DNA of 64,000 nucleotides, from the NCBI GenBank assembly GCA_028023455.1, contig JAQFVV010000007.1, positions 15,872,001-15,936,000 on the forward strand, given 5' to 3'. Shown here one piece after another: positions 1 through 12,689 of this stretch. Under the pieces are notes generated by a model, which saw only the letters and a list, made by a program, of their open reading frames with translations, did no database searches and was not told the origin of the DNA. Position 1 is the stretch's first letter. The number at the start of each line of letters is the position of its first letter. A program made the translations under genes and the position numbers. Origin of the DNA: Epiperipatus broadwayi. Its lineage: Eukaryota > Animalia > Onychophora.

Positions 1-420
1 TGGTAGATCAAATGGAAGAATCCCTGTTCATATGGCTATCATGACTTAGTATTAACTTAACCACATAAAGAAGTACCCTAATATGAAAGCATTGACTACT
101 ATTCTACCACTTTATGTGAAAGTAATTTCAATTACAAGCAAAATAGTTGTGTAAATAATATGAATTGATAAATTTGTCATAAAATCTTTAGTATGAGATA
201 TTTTTTCATAAGGGGGAGTGGAGATATTGATAGAAAAGTAACCAACTTGGTTTTTGAATAATCTGAAAATTTTAACCTGTTAATAACAAAGATTTAATTA
301 CTATTATTTGAAAAAAAGTATTTTGGTGATGTGGAATAATGTATTCATATTCATGGCAATTAATGGTGTAACATCCTGTGATTTAACTTCTTGTAGCAAT
401 ATGCAACACAATTATTTTTG

Positions 421-1130
421 TACAAGGGTGTACCCTTCAAAACCCCTAGAATTTTGTAATCAAAAATTGTGTATTTATTTTTAGATGTTACAAATTGAAT
501 CTCCTTTAAATTCAAATACCGTTCACTTGATGTAGTGCACTGATCTAAAAATGTTTTCCATTTTTCGAAGCAGTCCTGAAATTTTTGCAAAGTAATGTTT
601 TTTAATTCTTCCATTGTTTTTTTTTTTCTCACCATTTTCAAGTCTGCAAAACCTTTTGTTTTTTGGGACATTTTTTCATTCAGAGAATAAAAAGCCATAC
701 AAAGTTGAGGTCAGGTAAATGTGGTGGATGGATAAGCTGGGTATGCTGTTTTTGATTAAAATTGTTCCACATTCAAAGCTTTGTGTGCTGGTGCATTGTC
801 ATGGTATAGATCACATTGACCACTTAGCCACAAAACAAGATGGTTTCATTTTACCATATCATGCAAACATTGCAGAACTTATTGCACTATTTGCATAAAA
901 TAAACATTATCTTGACATCGGACCTCACTCAGCATGCCTTTTTTAGGATGTGAACTCTTTCATCACTAAACTTATAAACATTTTTTTTTCACAGAGCAAT
1001 ATGCTTGCAAGCTGTTTCAAGCATTACAATTGTTTCTCCTGCTGTTTTCCCTAATAGAAAACAGAATTTCATATAATTTCAACTTTTCAGCAATCAATGA
1101 ACAAGTGAGATACACTTTTAAAAAAAATTG
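421..1130 (-). mobile_element. Decayed, internally deleted mariner (Tc1/mariner) transposon
   Basis: Minus-strand translation across frameshifts gives KFCFLLGKTAGETIVMLETA (mariner N-terminal HTH), LYHDNAPAH, an HPP-x-PDL-like motif and the C-terminus ELKNITLQKFQDCFEKWK. A TA-flanked terminus TACAAGGGTGTACCC lies at 421; the second TIR was not clearly found. Confidence 0.85.
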
Positions 1131-2173
1131 CTAACTGACACCACAACTTCATTTGATGATGCAAGTTAGCAGAAGGTCCCCCAAAAGAAGTATATTGCAG
1201 CACAAGCATGTAATATAATAGGTCTGCCACCAGAGAATAATTCCAGTTTATTTTGGGATACCTCCTCATATATGAAATTGTATACATACCAAACTTTATA
1301 TATATATAAAAAATATCATATTTACTCATGGAATAATAATAAGTAAGACCATCATTATTATTCATAATATAGTTTATATGATCTCATCAGGGTCGCAAAG
1401 TGTTTAATGGTAAACATATGAAGGTTTTCCATTTTTGTTTATTCATTTGGCTAAGAGTAGTTAGATCCTCATTTTGATCTTATTTAGAATTAAGTGGATT
1501 TGTCATGAACCAGTTATGTAGAAGAATATTCCTAAGCCGAATAGAATCTGGTACGAAGAGAATTACAAACATTACCCATTCATATATTCGAACATAGGCC
1601 ACAACAATAGCAGACAGATATACACACTCTGTAGATGTTGGCTGTTAATATAGGAATAAGCTGAAGAGAGAGAGGTGTTCACAAGCCTTCACATGATGAC
1701 CATTCGGGGGAAAAACTGATCAGTGGTAAATTTTTGATATATATAAGTTGATTGGTTGGTTAATTGTATTTCTGTTGTATAATGACAGTTTTGTAAAAGC
1801 CATAATTTTAAAGTACCTGAAACTTGATGAAAATGTTTTTATCTAGATACATGTTCACCATAGAGACAAATTAAGCTACGTTACAAACCAATATCAAAAG
1901 TAGCTATACTTTATTTATATTAATTGACTATTTGTGAACAATTTAACGATTAGTGAGAGTAGAAACACTCCCGGATGTAAATATATAAATTAAGGAGGTG
2001 GGGGGTAATTTAATGAAATTTCATTTTCTTATTTTTTATTAAGAGATAAGAAGTTTAATCATGATCTTAAATCATGTTACATTAATTGTTAGTTGCCTTA
2101 CAAATTTTGCATTGTTACAATTAGACACTGAGATGTTAGCCCATCGTCTGGAAGGAAATGGTGCGCCCAGGTA

Positions 2174-2572
2174 TCATCGGGTAATCTTTCGGGCGCTAGA
2201 AGACGGTCTATACTTTTCATTTTCCTCATAGTGTTCCTGTAAATTGTCCAATGATTGAGGTTGGATTGTTTGAAGACTATGGCACCTCGTAAGCCACACT
2301 GCGAAGAGAATGTAGATCGCCATCCTAATGACTGCAAAGACGCCGGTCTTAGGTGCTTTCTTTAGTGAAAGAACGTCCCTACTGTTTGGTGGTACATTTG
2401 ACACTATCATGACCCGCAGCTGATCCAAAAAGGGACTGCAGTAGAAGAGATGTTGTAACGTTTCTTGTTGAGACTTGCAGAGGCTACATTGAATTTCTAG
2501 CCGCTGGAAGCCTCCCTGTGTCACTAAAAATGATTTGTGGGTAGAGAGGTCAGGTTGTATTTTAATATGAAA
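2174..2572 (-). mobile_element. L1/Tx1-like non-LTR retrotransposon ORF2 C-terminal zinc finger (zf-RVT-like), 5'-truncated
   Basis: Open frame contains CSLC-x5-ETLQHLFYC and later AVWLTR, matching the CxxC..ETxxHLFxxC..WxxR signature. GC and CpG are higher than in the flanks; a downstream AATAAA lies on the minus strand near 2035. Confidence 0.7.
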
Positions 2573-2779
2573 TCAATATATTTGGGTTTGTTCCATTTTT
2601 TTTGCTCTGATGTTCTACAGCTGACATCCAATAAGTAAGCAAAATAATAGTAAAGGAACCCGGCAAGAAAAAATATCACCCATAACTAAAAATCATATAA
2701 ATTATGAAAATAATAAACATTATTTAGTACACTTAATTTTTACTTTTAATTCAATATTTATAATTTTTTCACGTAAACA

Positions 2780-4140
2780 AATAAACAACAACAAAAAAAT
2801 CTCTCAGAGCCAATGGTACTCAAACCATCTAGAGGGGTGCGCAGAAATCAAAACCCGTTCACGCATTTGTTTAAATATATATAACTTTTATTTTCCTATT
2901 ATACTTTTTTTGTTCTCCGGATTTAAGTTCGCATACACACACAAGTGGCGATTCTAGCTGTGCTAAGATATGAAATGAATCTTACTTTCCTCTGAGTATG
3001 TATTTGTTATATATATAATTATGTAATTTACTATAGGCCATATACATGTATTTAAATATATTATATATAATTTTGTGTGCGCGCGCACGTTCGCGAGCAG
3101 ATGTAAAAAAAAGAAAACATTTGTTCTTACTGAAAAGAAGTTAACAAAACTAGTTTTTTTCTTCTCGTAAATTCTTTCGCACAAATTGTTTTATTTAAAT
3201 TGAAAAACATAGCTGTATAGATGTGAGTGTATATGCGCGCGCATATATACACAATTTAATATTTCTGTTAGTTGACTTATCGCATGTATTGAAGCGTGGA
3301 AAAGTAATTCTGATTTTTTCTTCTCTTAGTCATAAGTTTAATTAGAATTGCAAATCGGCCAATTAGTGGAAATATATTGCTTTTTTTTCTTCTTCATTTA
3401 ATGCAAATAAAATAAAATTTCAATTAGGTGATATTAAAATTAGTACTGGAGAATATTTCAGCTACTTCTAAAAGCTGTGGAAATAATGAAGCCTTTGTTT
3501 AGATGATTATGAAATGATTGTAACTTTTACCATTAACCGATACAAGACGTTAGCTTTGCTTTGATTTTGGAAATTATTTTGATACTCCCTTTTGGATTAT
3601 TTCAATTTATGTAATCTAATTAAAATAATTTAGTAATTTCTGAGTAAAAATTAAAGCAGGCTACAATAAAAATAAACTTGAAAACTCGCAAGATTTATAA
3701 ATCATTATGAGTCATGTAATTATTTAGTCTCTTGTTTATTTGTATTTAATCGTTGGCCATTTTTCATTGAAGAAAATTAAAGGGCGGAGAAAATAAAAAT
3801 CAAATCCGTGCAAAATTATAAAGGCTGAAATGAATCATGTAATCTTCAAATGTAATTTTTTTTTACTGTTTGCTAAAATAAATCTTCACTTTAAATAAAC
3901 AAAATGAGCATAAATTAGCGCAACAGCTAGCCATTTCCGTGAGAGGTTGGTCCAGTTGTGGAGCTGCTTGTTGGTGAGTAGTTATGGTTCAGTAGTAAGT
4001 TCTTCTAAACTGCAGAGATTTTGTAATTACATTTATCCACCCAAGAGAAGAAAAATCTTAAAAAGCTAAGCTACCATTGGAGAGGCATTTCCGCGCAGTT
4101 TAATGCAGTAGTAAGAATATTGGACTAGAGAGCTAAAGAT
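2780..4140. promoter_or_regulatory. CpG-rich island, candidate promoter/5' regulatory region
   Basis: Many CpGs in an otherwise CpG-poor window. Palindromes GTGCGCGCGCAC (~3077) and TATATGCGCGCGCATATA (3230-3247). GTGAGT donor-like sites near 3223 and 3974. Confidence 0.45.
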
Positions 4141-5079
4141 ATTCGAATTGATTTAAAAAAAAAAATTGCAATTAAGTGAAACAATGTGATTCACTCAGCT
4201 ACTTCATAGCTTGAATGTTCGGTCATATTTTGAGCAGCTAAATATTTGATTTTTTCTGTAATTGCAAAGCTCAAAAGTTTTCTTAAGCTATGCTGATGGT
4301 AAAATAGAAGATAAGTAGGAAATAACCTGCTTCAAGTATCATTTGTTATCTGTTATAATTATGGCATTAACTGAACTGATTATCATCCAATTTCACTTAT
4401 TTATATTTTATCTGGTAGGAGAAATTCACTTCATTTTGATTTACCCATATCTATTTGAATCTAATTCATCAGTGGATACCAGAACTATCTCATTCTTATA
4501 CTAAGTTTATGGCTAGTAGCTATTTTCAATAGAGAGAACATTTTAACCTGATAGCCATTTAGCAACCATATTTTTTTTAAGTTATGGAAGAAAGTATCTC
4601 ATATTTTAAACATACCCAGATACTGAATCTTAAGACATTGAACAGTTTAGCACATTTTCCTGTCCCATTGATTTATTTATATGGATGGCTCATAAAAGGA
4701 GTGATATGAAATGTAATACTGCTGATCATATCATTGGTATCATCCTAGGTAAGAGAAATCAGTTGACACTAAATAAAAGCCAATCCAGAAACTAGCCACT
4801 GGGTTTTGTAAGCATTGACTGTATTTTGAATCTAAGCTGTCATCATTTTTTGCATTGCCAAAAGCCATGGTTAAATAAAGACATCACTGTTTTATTAATA
4901 TTTTATTTTTAGAGCATTATTTCATTGCGATGCAACAATTTATTAATCACCTGGTTCATTGGTCTCTAAGTATGGGTAACTAACTGCTTTATCTGAAAAT
5001 AGATGTTTCTTTAGTTTTAGATTATTTGATTTATAAACAAGATTGCAAACTACCATATATTGTTTCTTGTTCTTGGAAG

Positions 5080-5760
5080 TCTCTAAACTTATATTATCTT
5101 CCAATTTCCCATTGTTATGCCTCTCTGCCCATCCATAAATTTTTCTGTAAATTTCTGCTTCTAATTTTTTTATTGATTCCTTCATTTCAATTCTTTATGG
5201 ATGCCCTACTTTTCTCTTTCCTAATAGTAATCAGTTTAACATTTGTTTTGGTAACTTTTCTGAAACATCCTTACATCATTCCATTTGTTTTGTTCTAGTG
5301 TAATTTGTTGCAGTATGTTCAATATTTATTTTTGAGTCTTATTGTTTATTGCAATCTCTCTTCAACATTCTTGCACAGATTTGCCAATAATTCATTTCTG
5401 GTGGTATCAATTTCATTTTTATTATTTCTTTCAATTGCCAAATCTCACTTCCATATGTAATAATACTTTTTGCTATTGAGTCATATTTATCATTTATTAA
5501 TTTTTGATGTATTCTAATCTTAAAATTAAAATATCTCATGATTTTTCTTCCAATTTCATCTGTTGTTTAATTCTGTGTTATCTTATATATCTATACATGT
5601 TTATTCTTTATATTTTCCCATCTATTAACCATCATCCAAAATTATATCTTGTTGTGTTCCTCCAATATTCATAATTTTTGTTTTACTATATTGATTTTCA
5701 TATCCCATTTTCTATTTTAATTTTCCAACCAGATGATTTTTACTATGACAGAGATGAATG
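5080..5760 (-). mobile_element. RTE-clade LINE 3' fragment (decayed)
   Basis: Translation SIITYGSEIWQLKE...EMNYWQICARM resembles the RTE C-terminal 'LTYGSEIW..EMDFWRRSAR'; the later NLQKNLWMGREA*QWEIGR resembles the RTE ORF end. Multiple stops. Confidence 0.75.
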
Positions 5761-6656
5761 AAATTGAAGAACTTAAGCAATAAAAAAAAAATCCACTAGT
5801 AATAATCAATTGTTATTGCTTGATTATAGAACCTTTTATGCTCTTAATTTGCTTTTCACATACTTATATAACCAATATTATTTTTACATTAAGATCTTTT
5901 GCTTTAAATTTTTTTGAATATTTAGAATGGAATACAAGATTATTTGTCACATATGAATTATCCTTGGATTCATTTCTATATAAAAAAAATTGGCTTGTTG
6001 ATCTATTCTTAAAAAAAATATAGGCATTGATTGGTGATAAACTTTAAACCATGAATCCTTGAGTCTTTCATTTGACTGCTGTGTTAAATCACAGAAATTT
6101 CTATTATTATGGCTTTTATTTTTATACACCGAAACTGTAATTAATTAAACATTATATTTAAAACATGTTACACAGTAAACATTTAAAAGCACCATAATTT
6201 AGATGTGTTGAATCAAATATTTTACATTTGTAGCTTACTTGTCTTCATTAGACAATAGTAACATATATTTCATTAATCTTCCCAATATTATATAATGTTC
6301 ATAGATTAAAACAATAAAATAATAATTTAGTGGTTAGTGCTAGGAAGTCATACTTATATTGAGTGCAGCCCCAGAATTATGCTTTTGGGATTGTCACTTT
6401 ACAAGGAAACTAAATTAATACTTATGATTACATGTCCTGAATATACATTTTTAAATTCCACCACATTGAGTTAAAATGTTTTGATTTGAGTTAGAAATAT
6501 ATTTGGGATACTGCTGCTAAACTATTGATCACATTTAAACAAGAATGTATGGGAGTAAATTTTAATTAATAAATATATATATATAATAGAAAAGTCATAT
6601 AACATTACTAGCCCCCCTCCACCCCACCACCATTTTTTTTACTAAAAATTCTTACA

Positions 6657-6876
6657 CAACCATTGTGTTATCTAATAATAAATGGACCTTTTCAAGTGAA
6701 ATATAAAAAGATACATAGAACATATATATACAAAACAAAATAATCTTCCCATCATTCACTTAAAGGAAGTTGGTTTTTGAAGTGAATGATGGGAAGACTA
6801 CTTTGTTTTGCATGTTGTATGTATCTTGTTGAATTTCATAAGGTCTATTTGCTAATAGATGATGTCATAGTTGTTG
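6657..6876. mobile_element. Short (~220 bp) palindromic MITE, deletion derivative of the 51446-52370 foldback
   Basis: Self-complementary arms (CTTCCCATCATTCAC / GTGAATGATGGGAAG). The right end GTCTATTTGCTAATAGATG matches 52350-52368. Confidence 0.75.
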
Positions 6877-7787
6877 AAATCAAATTGTTAGCAAGATTTT
6901 GGGATAGTAGAGGAAAAGTATGAAGCATGCAGCCATATTTTATGTCTTAACTCATGATCTAGACATTGATTTAGAAATGATGCTATCGATGGTTTGACTG
7001 GGAAATGCTGTTTATATAAATGTTAAGTATCTATTTTAGAAGAAGAGTTTGAACACACACTCATGGATACAGATATGTGCAAAATATGTATTCAACTAAT
7101 ATTTATTATTCCAGCAGTATTATCTTTGTCAAGAAATGCTTGAATCAAACACTAAACATTTAGGCACCTTTATATTTTGCCTCTGCAGTGTATATCATTC
7201 TGAATTTCTGACTAATTAAGATTTTAATTGCAGGATGGAAAAGGTTTGACTTTTTTTTTTTTTGCTGCTTAATTTGAGCATTGTTTGGCACAGAGAGGCT
7301 TCTAGAATGCACAACATTAATTGAGTTCATGTTTTCTATATTTGATTCTAAGGTTAGCAGTATGTACTGATTTCATTTCATATGCATATATACCCAATAC
7401 ATCCTAAAGTGCTCTAGGCACTTTAATCAGATGAATATTTTGTGGCTGGAATGTGATTTTATATACAATGGTTATTTTGAACCAAATGAAATGATGGTTT
7501 ATGATATAGAGCTGACTAACACAATTTCATTTTTAATTATATATATTATAACTAATGTTGTTTATACTGCAAAATTATTAATGGTATGAGATTTGTAACA
7601 AGAAACGTTTACATCATATATATCACACAACTGATATTCCGATCCACTTCATATTTGAAGGAGAAGTATTGCTTTTAATTTTAACTTATGAGCACTTTTT
7701 TAAAATCCTACATATAGTCCTTTATACGCGATTTTTTTTCAGAAGCCCATATATGATTTTTAGAACAATAACAATCCGGAAACACTT

Positions 7788-7891
7788 ATTTTTTTTCATG
7801 TGTCATAGCATCAACCGGGAAGCGAACCCGCTAACCCGGGACAACTGCTTGTAAGACAGCTGTGTTGACCTCTCGACCACCAACGCTTGAC
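7788..7891 (-). mobile_element. tRNA-Gly(TCC)-derived short SINE / tRNA retropseudogene
   Basis: Reverse complement reads GTCAA-GCGTTGGTGGTCGAGAGGTCAACACAGCTGTCTTACAAGCAGTTGTCCCGGGTTAGCGGGTTCGCTTCCCGGTTGATGC plus an A-tail. It aligns to the conserved animal tRNA-Gly-TCC (GCGTTGGTGG...GCTGCCTTCCAAGCAGTTGACCCGGGTTCGATTCCCGGCCAACGC). A second copy is at 33225. Confidence 0.85.
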
Positions 7892-7950
7892 ACAATTCGG
7901 AAACACTTTATCTTACAATACCTTAAAAAAAATCAATCGACATTTATAGT

Positions 7951-8097
7951 TTTTTTTTATGTCAAAGCATTGACCGGGAAGGCAGCTATGCTAACCGCTA
8001 GGCCACCAACGCTTGAGGAAGACAGCTATGCTAACCGCTAGGCCATCAACGCTTGAGGAAGGCAGCTCTGCTAACCGCTAGGCCGCCAACGCTTGAC
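7951..8097 (-). repeat. Three tandem 40-bp copies of the 5' half of the tRNA-Gly-derived SINE, followed by its 3' end and A-tail
   Basis: Unit (minus strand) TCAAGCGTTGGTGGCCTAGCGGTTAGCATAGCTGCCTTCC starts on the plus strand at 7977/8017/8057 (period 40), then CGGTCAATGC-TTTGACAT-An. Confidence 0.9.
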
Positions 8098-10079
8098 GCA
8101 TTTAGTTTTAGTTTTAAAACTATTGAATATATATTTCTATACAAATCATTATTCTAAATTGTTTACCCAACAGTAAAAACTGTAAGTGTAGTGGAATGTT
8201 TCTAAATCAATTCCCGATTGGTTGGGAAAAAAAAAAAAAACAATTGCTGATTATCATTATATTTGAATTTCATTTGATTGTGATATAAAGAATATCTTAA
8301 TAATGTTCAATCTTTATTAATAAGTGAGCTATTTTAACCTCTTTTGACAGAACTTTAATAATAGGTCACATTTGAGTATATAGAATTCTGATAAATATTT
8401 TGTCATAATCGTGTAAAAAAAATATACATCTTTTTTTTCTACGATAAAATTAAAAAAATATACATCTTGTTGTTATTACAGTTGCTTTTGACAATACTGC
8501 TTAGCACTGAAAATGAACTATTTATAATATTTTCAGGATTTTCTTCCAAATATGAAGCGTATTTAGTATTGCTTTTATTATATAGCTGTACCGGACTTGT
8601 CATAGTTGTTTTTTTTTTTTAATTTGAGAGTTTAAATAAAAATAAATGTTGTGATGGATTAATAAATTATGATCACCGTAGTGAATAATTGCTTAGTGTT
8701 ATTTTTGTCAAGACATAAACTTTTATATGTAAATGTACGTCCATATATGTGTGTATACAGGTGTGTGCAAATAAGAATGCGATTGAATAAACGAGAATTT
8801 ATTTTGAAAGTATAAACAAACAAGTCCATAAAAGAAAATTTACAATTTGATAAAATATATCGTAATTTAAACCAAAACTCTAGGCAAAGAATACTGAATG
8901 ATTCCACACACTGAAAATCTAAACAGTTTTTGTACGAATATATAAAATAAACAGACATAAAAAAAATAATGGATTCACTTCAATGTATTTAATTCTTTTG
9001 TCACAAAATAGTAGAAAGGGAGAGGAAATAACAACACTTAAGTTTTTTATATATATATAAATTATATTGATTTTTTTCCCCATCATTTTAATACTTCTGT
9101 GAATCATCCGTCACTCAAGTTTCTTTATATCTAAAAAAAATAGACACTTTTTTCCTTTGGAATAATTAAATCTTTTTAAAAGAATAACATTTAAAAAAAA
9201 ATTTTCAGCTAAGACTGAATTCAACAATAAATAAAAATTTGAAAATATATTTAGCAAAAGTCTTTTTTTTTTTTTTGAAAAAGCATTCAGATTTTCAGCT
9301 TATAGGCATTATTTTGACTTTTTCGGACAGGGGGCGTTATTACTGTCAGTTTGTTAAGTTTGTTCATGGCGGATTTTTATTTTATTGTACAAACCGAAAT
9401 TTGAAATTTTTGACTTAGGAAAAATTATTTATTAGTGTATTTAACATCTTCTGATTTAAATCTAATCTATCCTAGAAAATAGCTATATATATTTTTTAGA
9501 GAGCATAAAATACATTTTAATATATATATTTCGTTTTGGAGGTATTTAGATTTAAATTCGATTATTTTAACTTGCAAATTTTATACTGCATCTACTGAAA
9601 AAAAAACAATCTGATACAATTGCCGTTTGTTTGAGGATCGAAAGGTGATTGAAAAAGTTGGACATTATTTCAGATTATCTCATTTTTCATTTGCAATAGA
9701 TACAGCATAAAAGTACAAGTGAAAGAGTATTCACACTGTTTTTCTCCTGCAATAGGTTAAATAGATTTGTACAACTCTTACTGACAGAGATTTATAATAT
9801 TTAAAAAAATAGCGCATTATCGGAGTTCGACTTCCGATCTAATACTTTAAGTCCTAAGTAACTCGAGTAGATTACAATTTGTGTATGGGAACGGAAATCC
9901 AAAAATAATTTTGTATTTGGGATTCATTATAAGGTATGAAACAAGTTGTTTAAAACAAGTTAGTACTTATGCTATTTATTCAAGGTACTGAATGTTTCTT
10001 ATATAAGTAAATAAGAGGGATTTGATCTTAGTTTTTTTCAGTCTATATACATGCTCCACCACTTGCTAAAGTATTAGAG

Positions 10080-10150
10080 CAGCGGTGTCAAACCTATGTT
10101 CCTCAAGTCATATTTAATCTGGATTGGCCTAAGAATGCTGTTCCACACAC
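10080..10150 (+). mobile_element. hAT-like transposon left end (solo)
   Basis: CAGCGGTGTCAAAC terminus preceded by the NNNTANNN-type 8-mer TATTAGAG; no matching right end found. Confidence 0.45.
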
Positions 10151-12689
10151 CCTCGTAAACTTAAAATGTATTTTTTGTGATTACAAGTCACAATGTAACT
10201 AAAATAAATGTAAACACACTTTCAAATACAACATCAAATATCTCATTAGTTTTAAATTGCTCTCTTTTCTTTTACTTTTATGTTTTATTATTTAGATATG
10301 TACATTTTCTATATTAGTAACCACAAACTTGGAACTGGCTTAAAGATTTTATTGAAAGACTCTGAACAAGTTACTATATAATTAGGATTCTTATTGAGAT
10401 CTTTTTTTATTTGTTTGTGGTGATGCACAACCCAAAATATAGGTACAATCTTTTTTTTCTTTTTTGCCGGTAATGTTTTTTATTTAAGGTGGGTTCCATG
10501 ACAATTCTTTTTTCTATGAGAGCCAGAGACATCATAAGACCGGAACCCACTGCATTAGATGGAGATTATATTTCAATGTATTTATAACAAACAAATTTCT
10601 GTAATGAATATTCTAATAGATTACTTAGATATGCAATGTGCTAAGGATTGGTTAAGAAGGATAAAAAAAAATTAGTAAATAAAAAGGAGGAAATATTAAA
10701 ATTAAAAATATGTTGTAAAACAAAAAACTATTGTATTAAAATGATATCAACATTAAATATAAAGTTATTATGAAAACAGAAAATGATTTATTATTTAAAG
10801 TTAGAGCAAGAAGTCAAGATGCTATTAAAATAAGATCACTGTTGAAGTTGAACATATTGTGATGATTTATTCTTCAAGATTAGAATTCTAATGACAAAGG
10901 AATAAACTACTATGTTTCCCTGAAAATAAGACATTTAAATATCAATTTTTGCTCCACAACATACACTAGGGCTTATTTTCAGAGAATAACATTTTTTTCA
11001 TGCACAACAGTCTACATTTATTTATATACAGGAATCTACATTTATTCAAAATCGTAATTGAAGAATTACATGATACACTGCAAAAATATGCAGGAAATAA
11101 AATTCCAAAACATAAGTCCTTCTGGTTAACTTTTGTTTTAAAAGAAAAAATCTAATGCCTTTGACAATATAATAAATAGTTTGTCATCACCATAGGTTCA
11201 CGTGTGTGTCTGCATTCAGATTGCTTATTTGGCAGTCTTATGGTTAGGATAAGGCTTATATTACAAATATAATGTAATATCATGCTAGGATCTTTTTTTT
11301 TTGTTAGGTTTTATTTTCAGGGAAATAGTATGAAGTGGCAAAATATTTAAATTTGCCTAGAAGTGTTTAAAGGCTGGACAAAATACATGGAACACTTTTT
11401 GCAATGCGGCGATTATATTTAATGAGGAAGAAGATTGTGGGAAAAAACAGAGTTGGTGAATAATGGGTGAGGATATCAAAAATAAAATAATGGAAAAAAA
11501 GAGATCATTAAAATTGAAATTAAAGATGATGAATTTATAAATAAATTAATGGTAGTTAATATCTGTTAAGGATGGTTTCATGCAAGGAATAACTGCTACA
11601 ATGCATGGTATGACATTACATGAGTAGAAATAGGTTTTGTTCTGTAATACAAACTGTTTTCCACTTGTAATTGATAAGTTAATAGACACATTATTACTAG
11701 TTATGTTAATCTATGTTTTTCTTTTTTATAACATGGGCAAAATATATTAAACATTTGCTATCAGAATATACCAATATTAGTAATGATTGGAAAAAACAAT
11801 GAAATTGCAAGTTATATACAATAGCAGGAAAGATTATAATAAAAATAAAAGTGAATGAATGTTTTAGTATGGGAAATAAATAATAGAGAATTCAGGAATA
11901 ATATAATGGTGAAATATGATATTTGAAATTTAAAATAAGAAATTTATAAATACAACGTATTTGTAATTAATGTTTACAAGGGAACCAAGTCATATATCAC
12001 GTGATTTAATTTATATAACATCTATAATTAATGTAGTAGCAATCTATATATGTAAATCATGTGAACGGCAACTAATCTTAGTTTGGAACTTTATTCTATT
12101 GAGCCTGATAGTTCAAATGAGAAATTATATGTACAAATTTAATTCTATATATCACAGGGAAGAGACAATATCTAATTTTTACTATTCTCGATTTCGAATT
12201 CCATTAATTTTGTTGAATACTTGTAATTAATGTATTAATGATCTAAAAATGTGGGATAATCTTTTTATCAAAAAATATTTTGAAAGATATGTTTTGATTA
12301 TAAGAAAGAATAAAAACCAAGTAAGTTATAAATGTTATGTATTTTACAATAATTTATTATTAAATTTCTTCAGGTTTTTTAAAGTTTTGAAGGTTTCTGC
12401 ACAAACTTATAGCTTTTCACTTTTCACTCATAATTTCAGTAATGTAATTAATACATTTACTTTTAACATATTCATTTAGGTTAAAATTTGTATTCAATGG
12501 CTAGAAAATTAATAAGTAAATAAGTTTTATAATGTAAGCTTTAGAGTCAATGCCAACCTATTTCTCTGCCTGCATCCTTAGCAAGAATCTTAAAGCAGAG
12601 TAATTGTATATACCAAATTAGGATATTATATAATTATATAATTTCATTTATTTTTCCAGATGAATTTATTTATATGTTTTAAGAATATA

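Noticed and set aside
4442-4478. Minus-strand HHR-like string TATCCA-CTGATGA-...-CAAATAGATA-TGGGTA
   Set aside because: Helix I pairs, but G12 is C, there is no credible helix II, and no related copies were seen. It may be chance; worth a covariance-model score only.
4765-4815. Possible very decayed family-A copy (CCAGAAACTAGCC)
   Set aside because: The CTGATGA core is absent and flank similarity is too weak to support by eye.
7808-7886. Functional tRNA-Val(TAC) gene
   Set aside because: The body is Gly-type, the T-arm has an insertion, the B box is altered (GGTTCGCTTCC), and an A-tail is shared with a second copy, so it is a SINE.
7977-8097. CRISPR-like or regulatory short direct-repeat array
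   Set aside because: No spacers, eukaryotic context, and the units are tRNA-Gly 5' halves.
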